NCBI GenBank assembly: GCA_951406725.2
Contig: OX597820.1
Span: 54,932,001-54,996,000 of the forward strand
Reading direction: 5' to 3'
DNA from: Octopus vulgaris
Lineage: Eukaryota
DNA length: 64,000 bases
Part shown: positions 50,936-63,899 of the stretch, piece after piece
Numbering within the stretch: position 1 is the stretch's first letter
Layout of the letters: each line of letters begins with the position of its first letter
The notes under the pieces: generated by a model
What the model was told of the DNA's origin: nothing
What the model saw: the letters and a program-made list of their open reading frames with translations, nothing else
Databases searched by the model: none
Made by a program: the position numbers and the translations under genes

Positions 50936-53099
50936 GTAAGACATGGACTTACTGTTGATAGCTGGCAACTTGATGACTAATGTCTCTGAGTACAAAAGAA
51001 AAAGGACATTTTTTTTTTCCAGAAATCTTGCAAGCAGAAGTCAACATTATTTCTTGTCAGTGTCAAGTACTTATTTTGTTGGTTGAAGCAAATGTAATTT
51101 AGGTTTTATAATAATGTTTCACTTATGTCAAGGTTAGGACTTAACCAGATTTAAAAGAAATAGTACAGTCCTTGACCAAATGATTTGCAATAGTTTCATC
51201 TAAGGTGGTGAGTTGGCAGAATCATTAGCACACCTGGCTTAGCAGCTGAGATTGATAAAATAAGTACCAGCTGAGCACTGAGGTTGATGTGATCAACTTA
51301 ACCACCTCCCGTGAAATTATTGGCCTTGTGCTAAAATTTGCCTTTCAACTCTGGAGTAAAATGTGTCTCAGTTGTAGTTGTCTGATTGCCTAGTTCAAGT
51401 ACTACTAGCATAATTTGGTGCAGATAATCAAGTATATTTCCTCTCCTTCAAAACCCACTTTTGTTCCTGGTGAAAAAGATACCAGTAATTTATTGATTTT
51501 AGTTATATTGTTGCATTTTGCCCCAGAACTAACAAAATAGAATAATTTCTCCCACCCACAAACTTTTTATTTTTATGTCATAGTAATTTTCTTAGGATGT
51601 AAAAATCAAATAAAAAAAAATATGCAGAGAGTTCAAGGAGTTTGGATTTTGTCTGGAATTGAAACTGAATTTTAACTCATCGAAAGATTTCCTCATCTTC
51701 TCAAGTGATCTCTATTTTGACAGCTACATTGATATTTGTTTCGTATGTGCTTAGGTCCCAGATAATTTAAATTTTTTTATTAGAAAAAAAAAACAATAGT
51801 ATAAAACACATAAAATCCAGTCTATTACTGGTGCTTATTTCTTGGTATGCAGTGGGATTTGAACTCAAAACACAGAGGAAATATTCTAACACATTTAATT
51901 TATTGCTTTACTTTGAAAGATGTTACCAATTTCTTACTTTTTGCTGTGTTGATTCAACTTTGGTTTCAAATAATTAATATTTAATATTCTAAGATGTGCA
52001 TTTTTCTTTATTAATCTATCATCTGCCAGACTTTTAGAAGTAAATGTTGCTATTTCAGAGGAGGCAGTAAAGTGGGGTGGGTGGAGTATTTTCTTTTTAA
52101 TGTTTGAATTAAAAGTGTTGCTTTAATCGATCTGTTATGTATTGTGAAAATGAATCAGACTTTTTGACAAGCAGTGAACTATTCGCCTTTTTATATTCTT
52201 CTCAGATTTAATTTTCATGCAGATATATCAAAAATGTCCAAAATGGAAACATTTCTTTTATAGATTCATATGTATATTCCACACATACATCTCCATTATT
52301 TTCCATACTAGCGTCGCTTGGACTAGGTGTCACAAGCCAGGTCTGTTCTAATTTAGAATAGTGTGTATGTATGTTTGTGTGTGCATACAATGTACATGTG
52401 TAGAAGTCTGACTGTGAACATATTTGTATGTGTTTCATGAATGTATAATTCTCTCTACTTATGTCTTTGTGCATGAGTATGTATAATCTGTTTATAAATG
52501 TGTGTGTGTGTGAGTGCATGTCTGCACACATATGTATATGTGAGTGTTTATGTTTAGGTCTTTCATATAATCATTGTTAATGTTGCTGCCATCATTATTA
52601 CCATCATTTTTGTGTCCATCTTATGCTTTTTTTTTTTACACTTAATGTGAAAGAAGGATCAGTAAACTTGTATAGTAGAGGATATGACAGGTGATACACA
52701 ATGGAAGGTTTTAGTTGAAGGTGGTATAGTATCATGATATTTGTGACAAAGAGATAGAAAGAAAAAGAGAGATAGAAATGAAGTGCAACAACTTTTGTCA
52801 GTAGAAGAAACAGAGAATGAGAAAAATAACACAACCTGGTGAGTGGCCTATGGTTGTTGTTACACCCTGATTGAGGTGATCTATGTATGGGAATATTTCA
52901 GCTGCGACTGTCTCATTTTTTTGCATGTCTGAACACCCCAACCTGTTTTGAGATTTGGCTGCTATTTCTAGTACATCAAGTAACCATATTGTGGATCCCT
53001 CAGTGGCCTAATAGTTAAGTAACGGTGAGTTGAGGATTGATTGCTGGCAATGCAGTAACCTTTTATTCAGGTACATAACTTTATTTTCATATGGTGTAA

Positions 53100-53440
53100 A
53101 AGGTAAAGACCCCCTTCAGTCATGAATGACCATGGGATTGCTCTTAGGAAGTTATCCTCCAAAGTACAAGTTTGAGTGAGGTTGTTTATGGAAGACCAGC
53201 AGTTGCCCATGCATACCAGCCTCCCCTCTCCATGCCACTGATGTTATCCAAGAGAAAGGTAAAGGCCAATACAGCTTGGCACCAGTGACTTGGTAACTCA
53301 TTTCTACAACCGAGTGAACTGGAGCAATGTGAAATAAAGTGTCTTACTCAAGAACACAACACACAGCCCTGTCCAGGAATTGAACTCACTACCTCATGAT
53401 TGTGAGCCCAACACACCAACCACTGAGCCATGCGCCTTCA
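53100..53440 (-). mobile_element. tRNA-derived SINE family D
   Basis: - strand head tgaaggcgcatggctcagtggtt..gagttcaattcc (A/B boxes) followed by cttgagtaagacactttatttcacattgctccagt. Related copy at about 25340-25620 (+). Confidence 0.75.
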
Positions 53441-54454
53441 CTTTGTATGGTGTAGTTTTCTGACAAAACATGAACTGGAAAAATCTGTCCAGTAATACAT
53501 TTACATCAGCACACACCTTCTCAACATATAATACTAAGACCCACACTCTTGACAGGAGCTTTCTGGCTAGAATTTGTGGGAAAAAGGAAAAGATTTTCAG
53601 AGACTGTAACTAGAGGCATCTTAGCTGATGAGATACAGGTTTTTAAAGGCCAAATATGGAAACATCTCATTACTTTTCTCATCTAACATACAGTGAATCA
53701 ATTATTAGTCTACTGAAAATCTATAACATTATTGTTCACAAATCTATAACATAACTTTTTTTTAATGGACTGGTAGTTTTTCAGAATTTAGTTCTTTACT
53801 TCTGAGTGGTTGGCATCATGTCAAAACACCCACTACACTCTCGGAGTGGTTGGCATTAGGAAGGGCATCCAACTGTAGAAACTTTGCCAGATCAGATTGA
53901 GCCTGATGCAGCCTCTGGCTTGCCAGTCCTCAATGAAACTGTCCAACCCATACCAGCATGGAAAGCAGACGTTAAACGATGATGACTGCTCTGTTGTGAA
54001 TTCAGATCCATCTCAGGCCAATGTTGCTTTCAGTCTTTCCAGATACAGGAGTGAATACATTTGGATCTATCCCATTCTTACAAATTTTTGCCAGTATCTT
54101 TGTTATATACTCATACATACCAGTTTACAGGTAGGAGGATGTCTGTTTATATAGGCACTGTACTGTTATACATTATTGGAGGAATTACCATCCTTTATGG
54201 ACATTAAATATAATTGAATGATGTTTGCTGGGTTATAAAAATGCTGTGATCTGGTGGTGGAAGGTAACTGTATAAAATAGAAAAAAGAACCCTAAACACA
54301 TGGATCCCAAGGAAACTAGTGGTGATTTGCATTGAAAAAATTATACAATGTGGAAAAAAATTTCCCTTTCCTCTCAGCTGAATAGTCAATACTAAAACAT
54401 TAGATGCTTCTCTCCCTACAATCAAACTCTCAAACCTAAACTAATAATAATAGT

Positions 54455-55115
54455 AATCCTTTCTACTATAGGGACACGGTCTAGAATTTTTGGAGAGCAG
54501 GCTAGTCAATTACATTGACCCCACTGCTCAGCTGGTACTTATTTCATTGATCCTGGAAAGACAAAAGGCAAAGTTGATCTCAGTGGAATCTGTACTCAGA
54601 ATGTAAGGACAGATAAAATGCCACAAAGCATTTTGTTCAGCATGCTAACAAGCTGCCAGCTCACCTCAATAATAATGATAATGATATCAAATTTTTGCCA
54701 CAAGGGCAGCAATTTTGATGAGTCAATTGCATCGACCCCAGTGTTCAACTGGTACTTACTTTATTGATCCTGAAAGGATGAAAACAAAGTTGACCTCGAT
54801 TGAATTTGAATTCAGAACGTAGCAATAGATGAAATACTGCCATGCATTTCACCCAGTGTGCTAACGATTGTGCCTGCTCACCACCTTAATAATAATTATT
54901 TCTACTGTAGGCACAAGGCCTTGAAATTTTGGGGGGAAGGGGTCTAGTCAATCACACCAACCCCAGTGCATAACTGGTATGTATTTCATCGACCCTGAAA
55001 GGATGAAAGGCAAAGTCAACCTTGGCAGAATTTGAATTCAGAATGTAGGGTCAGACGAAATATTGCTGAGCATTTTGCCCAGCATGCTAATGATTCTGCC
55101 AGCTTGCCACCTTAA
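54455..55115 (-). mobile_element. Three head-to-tail SINE family B copies
   Basis: Units at about 54455-54667, 54685-54888 and 54900-55113, separated by (AAT)n. Confidence 0.8.
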
Positions 55116-55701
55116 TTATAAGGATGATGATAATATTAGTAGTAGTAAGCAAAGAAATATGTTGATCAATTTCTGGCAGCCCCAAAATAAGTGAATTGCA
55201 AAAATGATCATTCTTATGGCAGCTCCCATATTTACATAAATTTCTCTCCTTGTAAATACAGTTTTATTCAGTTAGTTTTAATATAAGATTTTTCGAGATA
55301 TTTTATTTTGCATGTAGACAATCAATTCTTTTTAATTAAAGCAAAACCAAAAACAACAACGATAGTAATAATAATAATAATAAAATTCGATGTGATTTTG
55401 TGAGTAGGAAGATCAGATCACAAAAATGTTGCTGATAAGAAAACCTAGGAATGAAGTCGATGGAGTGACATCTCGTAGAAGAGTTATAAATTCACAAGAC
55501 AGCCTCTAGGGTTAATAAATGTAAGGGGAGTAACTTTATTTCTTTTACATTAAATAAGACATTTTTAATTATGTTATATGATTGTTGTTTGGACTTATGA
55601 TATCAATAGTTTTGTTGTCTGTAGTCTTTTTCTCTTGTATATTCTGTTTATTGTTGCTTAGCATAGGCCATCCCATATATATATATGTGTGTGTGTGTGT
55701 A

Positions 55702-55889
55702 CATGAAATTAAATATATGCCCAGTCATAGAGAGACTAATGGCATCACATCCATAAAGTGCCTACTTTTATAGATGACTTATCAGACTCCAAGGCATTGG
55801 AGTCTGACAAATCGTCTATAAAGCTAAGTGCTTTATGTATGTAAAACCACTGGTCACTCTGTGGCTGGACATATATTTTTAACTTCATG
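55702..55889. mobile_element. Palindromic element with two outward-facing decayed hammerhead-like motifs
   Basis: Centre aaggcatt (about 55795). + strand reads gagt CTGACAA [hairpin] AAA ACCACTGGT C actc (55800-55859); the - strand copy reads gagt CTGATAA .. GAT GCCATTAGT C tctc. Flanked by (TG)n and (TA)n. Confidence 0.6.
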
Positions 55890-55953
55890 CAAATACATTA
55901 CCGCTCTAACTTTTAGAGTGTGCTTCTTTTTTTTTTTTTATATAAGATCCACT

Positions 55954-56001
<48 letters not shown>

Positions 56002-56831
56002 GCCCAGCCCTATATTTCTGCTTCAAGGTTTTAAGGCAATAGCTTGTAAAATCGGTAATGTCAGACAGAACATATTTTGGTAGTTGCCTCCCTTCTCACT
56101 TTTCACTCTTTAACTTTTCCACCTTTCAAACTGTTGTGGATTTGTATTTATTCCTCAAAAATTATTGAAATAATTATCAGTCTTGTATTTCTATCAAATT
56201 AAAGTGCTCTGGCTTCCCCTCCTGCACCTTCAAAAATGTTTTATAGTGTTCCATCACAAGTTATAATTTAGATGGATTCTCTCTGCCAACAGAAGGGCAG
56301 CTAAGTTGTTTGGAGGGCAATAAGGCTCTTCGATGGCGATTACATGGAACCAAGGATCATATTTTTGTTGTATTTTATTTTAGAGTGTGTTATAGTCTAT
56401 AGTTATTTTGTTTTCAATGGTAGAAAAAGATATCAAGTTGCTGACAGGCTGAGTTCACAAATCATTTTTAATACTAGCACAATCTATTCAACACACCTGA
56501 GCTGATAATGCTTTGAAAAGGGCATAATTATTACACAATCTCATTTACTTTTATCCATTAGCTATAACCTTATGCCTCCCATAATCTTTAACCTTGTTTC
56601 TCTAAGGAATTTTATTTCATTTATCCATTTATATTTTGACCAGTCATTCAATTGTTGGGAATAAATAAAATTCTTGTGTTCTCCTAGCTTTCTTTTAATT
56701 GCATAAATCTTTTGCTGTCCTTCCTAGTGCCTATTATGAGGTGTTCAGTTGGTGTCATTGTGTCTTTTGGAGTTGTATTCTTTGTCTATGAGGAGTGGAA
56801 AGTTTAAAATTTGTTCATAGATTGTTTCATA

Positions 56832-57062
56832 TTTCTTTATTGCCCACAAGGAGCTAAACATAGAGAGGACAAACAAGGACAGACAAAGAGATTAAGTCGA
56901 TTACATCAACTCCAGTGCGTAACTGGTACTTATTCAATCGACCCTGAAAGGATGAAAGGCTAAGTCAACCTCGGCAGAATTTGAACTCAGAACATAGCGG
57001 CAGACGAAATACCACTAAGCAGTTCGCCTGGCGTGCTAACGTTTCTGCCAGCTCGCGGCCTT
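56832..57062 (-). mobile_element. SINE family B, young copy
   Basis: CpG-retaining copy (gctggcagaaacgttagcacgccaggcgaa on the - strand). Confidence 0.8.
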
Positions 57063-57790
57063 CATTGATAACTCATAGATAGTTTCTAACATCAACATTA
57101 CTCAAGCGTAGATGGTTTTAGTAAATGGGCTGTATCTTTTTACTCCACTCTTAGTATTTAACTGGTACTTATTTTGTCAATAAGAAAATAAACAAAGTTA
57201 ACCATGACAGATAAGAAAATAAATAAAGTTAACTATGACAGATTTGAAATCAGAATACAATGCACTGCCCAAGGCTGGTGTATGATAAAGATAAATCTAG
57301 ATCTGGAATGATGGAATCCCTCACCCTGTACAAATACACCAATAATTATAGTCCTTAAATCTCAAAATTCTCTAGTAATTTATTTTTATTATCAATCAAT
57401 AATAAATAAATAATTGATAATAAATTTTTATTATCAGTCAATCAATAATTGATTATTTTTCATTTTAGAATATAGTCAGTTTTCTTCCTTGTCCTACAAA
57501 TCAGTATCAGAATGCTTCTACAATCTATTTAGCATGAGTTTTTAATTTTTCATTCTTCTATGAATATGGTTTAGATTCTGCCAGCAAAAATCTGAAATAA
57601 ATCCAGAATATAAATTCTTTACAACATGAATCAGTTGAGAAATGAGTTAATCTCTCCCTAGATAAGATGGTTTATCAGCAGTAGCATTCCCACAGGACTT
57701 GGTATCTACTCATGATAGCTAAGTGGGCTGATGCAATGTAAAACAATGTATTTATCATCATCATTCATTGTTTTAGCATCCATTTTACTA

Positions 57791-58205
57791 TACTCTCTTT
57801 TACTTGTTTCAGTCATTTGACTGCGGCCATGCTGGAGCACCGCCTTTAGTCGAGCAAATCGACCCCGGGAGTTATTCTTTGTAAGCCCAGTACTTATTCT
57901 ATCGGTCTCTTTTGCCGAACCGCTAAGTGACGGGGACGTAAACACACCAGCATCGGCTGTCAAGCAATGCTAGGGGGACAAACACAGACACACAAACACA
58001 TACACACACATACATATATACACATATATATACATATATACGACAGGCTTCTTTCAGTTTCCGTCTACCAAATCCACTCACAAGGCATTGGTCGGCCCGG
58101 GGCTATAGCAGAAGACACCTTGCCCAAGATGCCACACAGTGGGACTGAACCCGGAACCATGTTGTTGGTTAGCAAGCTACTTACCACACAGCCACTCCTG
58201 CGCCT
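57791..58205 (-). mobile_element. SINE family A, full length, near-identical to 733-1143
   Basis: The spurious ORFs 966-1214 and 57706-57963 are almost identical, showing high identity between the copies. Confidence 0.88.
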
Positions 58206-60704
58206 ATGTTTGCATGGCTCAGAGTTTATTGAGACAGATCTTCCTGTTACAGCCTTCACTTGTTTCCAAGTAAGGTAATAATTTCTCCTTTGCTGGACAT
58301 GTTTTTGTAAAATAGTAGAAATGCATGATGCTGCTTGTATGACAGTGACAATTATTTACAAATATCCTATAATATCAAGACAAGAAGCCATAAACATCTG
58401 CGCATGCACCCCGCTGCATACACACATACATACACAATGGGCTTCTTTCAGTTTCTGTCTACCTAATCTGTTCACTAGCTTTTAAGCGGCCTGGAGCTAT
58501 AGTAAAAGACACTTGCCCAAGGTTCCACATAATGAGACTGAACCTAAAACCATATGACTTGGAAGCAAACTTCTTTGCCATATCTGCACCTATGTATTCT
58601 GTTTAGAAAACCAATAAACTGACTGCAACAGATTTGAAAGTTTTGATCTTCACACAGGGAGTCCAGTATCTTATCCACTCAGCCATCTCACCTCTACATT
58701 TTCCTGTGTATCTTTCAATTTTTTATGTTTATCCATATGACTGGTCTCGTTCTAATATTTGTTTTACTTTCCTTCCTAGTTTTTACATCAATGGGTACAA
58801 ATATGTTCTGGCAGACATATCAAATAAAGTTGCAGTTGGCATGGAACTTTTCAAATAATGTTCAATGAACGTTTTAGAACAATTCTATAAAAACAAAACT
58901 AGCTAAGAGTGTATATGTGCACACACACACGTTCACACACATACATGCTCACACACACACGTTCGCACACACAAACACGCATACGTATGTTCACACACAC
59001 GCACACACATTCACACACACACGTTTACACACACACATGCATACGCACACACACACACTCTCTCTCTCTCTCTTTTTTTCTCTCTCTCACTCATTCATTC
59101 ACTCACTCATAATTGTGTATTTTTCCTTTCATTGATTTTCTTTTTCTTTTCAAGAAACATCTTAATTTCCTTATAAATATATGCTGTTTTTAGGATTTTT
59201 GATGCCTCTATCTGCTGCCCCAGTAGGTCACAGACTTTTAGATCACATTTTACCCATATTTGTTGTTTATCCAAAATCTGTGCTGATCCAATAGGCCTAC
59301 GGATAAAGACATTCCAGCTGTGATTTTAGCATCTGTTTGAAATTTATCTCATGAAATCTCACTACTGAACTCATAACTAAACTTATGCATCTGCCAAACT
59401 CATAAGAAGTTTACTTTCACTCTCAGCCTACCTGAGATCCCACTATATTTTCAATGCAGTCATAGTTAGCAATGAGTACACCTTCCTTTTCTGCATGTGA
59501 TATAATATACAATGAACTTATTGTATACAGTGCTCAGGTGTACAACAGCTCATCAGAAAAAGTAACCAAAACTGCACGAACAGTACATAGAATATGCACA
59601 GGAAGAGAACAGTGAATAAGTCTTTAAAACAAAAAAAAAAAAGAGGAATAAGAAATGGGAATGGGCGGGGGGCATCAGGTGAATTTCAGGAAGCATGGAC
59701 CGCTTTTCAATAATAGTAGTAGTGTTTTGTCTTCTTTCCTCCTAAGTAAAATTTTGAGGCTTCTTAATTCTAGGTTTTGCTTCCTAGTTTTGAATTTCTT
59801 TTCAAAATCTTCAACTGATTTAACTATGAGAAGGAAGTCACTGTCTTACATGATTTTTTTTCCCCCACAGATAACCAGTGTTAAACGATTTTATTTGGTT
59901 TTTAGGACCATAATAAATGTTAAACCCAAAGCCATGTGGCTGAGAAGCTAATACCTTAACCACACAGCCATACCTGTGTGTGTATGTTCGTCTATCTCTT
60001 TGTCTATCTATGTATTAGCCAAATGCTATGATTTGGAACTTTGTGCCAACTTGGATGCTGGTCGCTTCAGTTTCTCTGGCATACTTATGTGTTGTTTTCT
60101 AAGAGATGCATGGAAAAGCAACATTTTAATGCGAATCACATTCTTGAATATTCACATCCACACACAATTGTACACCCATCTTTCACACACACTTAAATAC
60201 ATACTCATTTGAAATATAGAAATAAATACCAATTAAATAAAGAAGCCGGGACTCCAAAGATGGCAGAGTATTGAATATTTTATTCCACAAAACATTGTCT
60301 GAGATTATCAGAGGTACAGACATTAAGCTGATGCACAATTAATTGGCGAGTTAATTAGTTGATGAATTAATTATACATTAAAGTGGACATGTTTCAGACG
60401 GGATTTTTTTCATTTTTTACTCTCCCTTTTTTAATATTTGTATTTTTTCTTTTTTCTGTTTTGTGTAACCACTCCCACCACCCATGTGAAGGACCAAACA
60501 CCACACGAGAGTCATCAGTCTCGCTCATTGCAGTTATCGTTCTCATCATCATCATTGTTGTTGTCATCATCATTGTCATTGGTCTTGGTGTTTGTCGGAA
60601 GGGATATCTTTGCCAGTCAGGATTTCTCTCCAAAGTATATGCTATCTGCAATAATACAAATATGATGATGATCAATAAAAGTAGTAGCAGTAGTAGTAGT
60701 AGTA

Positions 60705-60741
<37 letters not shown>

Positions 60742-62283
60742 TATCTAACATTGTCACAGAACCACACATTTTTGAGGAAGTGTACTTGATTAGATTCTGG
60801 GATTTATATAGTAAATATCAGCGAAATACTGGTATTTATTTTATCAACTCCAGAAGGATAAGAAATAATAATAATGATAATAGTTGTTTCTAATTTAGAT
60901 ACATAGCCAGCAATTCTGTGGGGAGGAGTTAGCCAATTTCATCAACCCCAATATAACAAACACCATGAATGTTGAGTTTTGTATAGTCTAGAGAATATTT
61001 CTGTAAATAGCTTGTCTTGTCAATGTTTTTGTGCATCTGTTTTTCCATGCCGGCATGGGTTGGACAAGATTTTTTGAGGCAGTGTTTTGCAGCTGAACAT
61101 CCTTTGAAATGCCAACCCTTTTAGTCACCTCTAACAACATGCAGCGATATGATGTACCTCTTCTAAAGACTAGAATATATAGTTGATAAATATTATTATT
61201 ATCACATAGTCATTCTTATTCTTTAGTAAGTTCATTTCTAAACAAAATATAGTATTATAGTAAGGTATTAATAACATAATCTGAGTATTGTTAAATTTAA
61301 CTTTATATGGTTATTGTAACCCTGAGATATTTCAATTCTGTTATTTACTAATAATTACAATTATTATATTTTTATGTATAGTTATCGGAAACTCACTCTC
61401 AAATAATATACATGTTGAGATTGAAGTGTTTATTCTATAACATGAGTATAAATAGATTAATAGGGTTATACTGAAATATTTGTCTGACATTTATTGATTT
61501 TAATAACAATGCGTAATGTCTTTGAAACTGTAATATCAGTGTAACCATGGTGCCATTTAGAAATTCAGTATTAAAGTTGAACATAGAAAGAACGTTAGAA
61601 AAATGATGTAAATACAGAGTCTAGAGAACATTTTGTAAAATGTCTGTAGAAATGAGAAATTTATTTTATTTAATTTATTTAATTTAATTTTATTTTAAGG
61701 TAATAAATATTTTCTATTGAAAATTAGTATTCATTTCATAACTTAGTGTAAGCACCATGATATTTGATAAAAGTTAAATTATGGTTATTGTACATATACC
61801 ATATTCCCTAATATTACCCATGGTGGCTAAAATATACTTCTTATTTTTATATTTGTGAAAAATATATGTTACTATTTTTCTAACTTTTATCAACATGGTC
61901 ACAATGTACTACTTTGAAAACCTGTCTCATCAAAATTTGAATTCCTCCTATAACTGTTCTGTCATTTACTCTCTCTCCCTGCTCTTCTGTCTATATGATT
62001 CAGTCTCTCTTACTGTGTGGAATGTTCCTTTATTCATTGCCTGCTACCAAGCCTAGTATGTGCACTTCTTGTCTTAACTCTCTCTGTATCTTTCCCTCTC
62101 ACTTAAAGTGTGACTGTAGAACTCAACCAACCAGTGTTTATATTAGCTATTATTCTATAGAGATTGTTATATCCAAAACAAAATGTCTTTTTTTTTTTCT
62201 AGTTACAATGCATCTTTAAAAGAAAAAAAAGATCTTTCAATTATCAATTTTGCTATGCAGAAATAATATCCAAACTTTACCTT

Positions 62284-62346
62284 TCATAGGTCTGCAATCT
62301 CATTGACCGGCCCGGTACATGTTGTGATAATACGGTTAATCTCTTC
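62284..62346 (-). CDS. GnRH: oct-GnRH precursor, last coding exon (C-terminus of associated peptide plus stop)
   Basis: tttacttctttcag|GAA acceptor, phase 0. EEINRIITTCTGPVNEIADL-TGA. Gives 69+20=89 aa, matching the recalled octopus GnRH precursor. Confidence 0.95.
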   Translation of the reverse strand, partial: EEINRIITTCTGPVNEIADL

Positions 62347-63692
62347 CTGAAAGAAGTAAACAATATTGAATGTAAATATGCATGTTAAGCTGGAACAAAC
62401 GGGTTTAATTTAAAAACTACTGAGTGAGAATCAAAATTGAGCAGCTAGTAGGAACTCACCAGATATTCACCCAGTACTCACTGTTTATTCTCTTTTATGT
62501 ATGTCATTTGTATCTGCAAGCTTACTTGAATTTAAATATGTATATGCAAACATGTAATGCATAAGTGCAAATATGTATATGCAAACACATAGCTTTAACC
62601 ACCCAACATATGTGTGCGCTAAAAAGGGGGCCTCTTCTTCATGGTCATTCAAATTGCTAGAAATCTAAATTTTCATCAAATCACACTATATAGTTTTTTA
62701 AAAAAGGATGACACATTGTATAATGCAGTCTTAGATACACATGATACCAGAAGAAAATCTTTGATGGAACATTGGTCAGATAATAAAAAAGTTGACTCTG
62801 AACATCAACAACAACAACAATTTATAAATATACATTTTTTTCATTCAATTCAATTCTAGTCATATAATAAATTTAATGAAACTAAATTTTATTATTTTAC
62901 ACCCAGTTCATCATGTTTCTATATACCTGGGTGGTATCAGTTAATTTTACAGCTGGGTATGTACCTCCCAAATTCCTTTCACCAAAGTATGTGTTGCTGT
63001 TCCTAACCACTCCAGTTTATCTTTACTTTCTTTCCTTTTTATTTTTGACTACTTACCCTCCTGACACCCTTGAACCATATCAGGAGAGACGTAGCTGTTA
63101 CAATCATAGTGAAGGCAACCTGTCTACAATCTTGGTTGTTCTAAGTTGCAAATGAGGGCCCTGAATCCAAGTTAGCATCTGCAGTGCTGTACTGCAATAA
63201 GACACAATGACTTTTTTTTCTTTGATGGGAAGTGTAGGCCTAATATGCTGCCTAACTTATCACCATTCCCTGGCAGAGTTATGTTTAGCTCACATGCACA
63301 ACAAAATGCTTCATAACATTAACAGTTTACACTCAAAGCCGTTTAGTCAATAGTGTAGCACTTAAACTGTACAGCCATTGATTTTTAAACACTTGCTTTA
63401 GAATATAGATTGTTATGTATTATAGATTTTGTATAATAATCTGATAAAATACATATCTGTTAGGCTATACTGAATTTTCAACCAAAATTTGACATTGTAT
63501 ATAAATTAAGTTTTGTTGGTTCTAAAATAAAGCTGTTACAGAAGAAAGTTATCTAAAAATTTGTAACTCCCTGCCTCCCAAACAAATCTTTCAGAGACTA
63601 TCCACATTAGCAAGGTTTTAAAAGCTGTAAAGATATACTGAAATGGACAACAAATGACAAAAAGAAAATTATGAAGGATATGCCGAACTTAC

Positions 63693-63899
63693 ATCTAAAA
63701 TTTTTTCTATCAAAGCCTTTGTTTGTTGTCTGAAGTGACACTGAATGTCTGAGAGTGCACTACGTTTACCTCCGGGGTGCCATCCATTGCTAAAGTGGTA
63801 GTTTTGTGCTTGAGTCTGCAGACACAAAGATAGCAGCAACATGGAGAATATGAAGAAAGCCATTTTTCTGGAGCTGGTTGTTGATGCAATAGCTGACAT
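63693..63899 (-). CDS. GnRH: oct-GnRH (corazonin/GnRH-type neuropeptide) precursor, first coding exon: signal peptide, mature dodecapeptide, GKR site, start of associated peptide
   Basis: ATG at 63899. MSAIASTTSSRKMAFFIFSMLLLSLCLQTQA-QNYHFSNGWHPG-GKR-SALSDIQCHFRQQTKALIEKILD, followed by a GAT|gtaagt donor. The acceptor tttatttcag| puts the exon start at 63934 (35-nt 5'UTR part). Mature peptide at 63771-63806. Confidence 0.98.

Noticed and set aside
59871-59951. Possible alternative terminal RUFY exon (ccccacag|ITSVKRFYL..stop)
   Set aside because: No similarity to the RUFY coiled coil or FYVE, and it runs into SINE-derived sequence. Cannot be excluded without cDNA.
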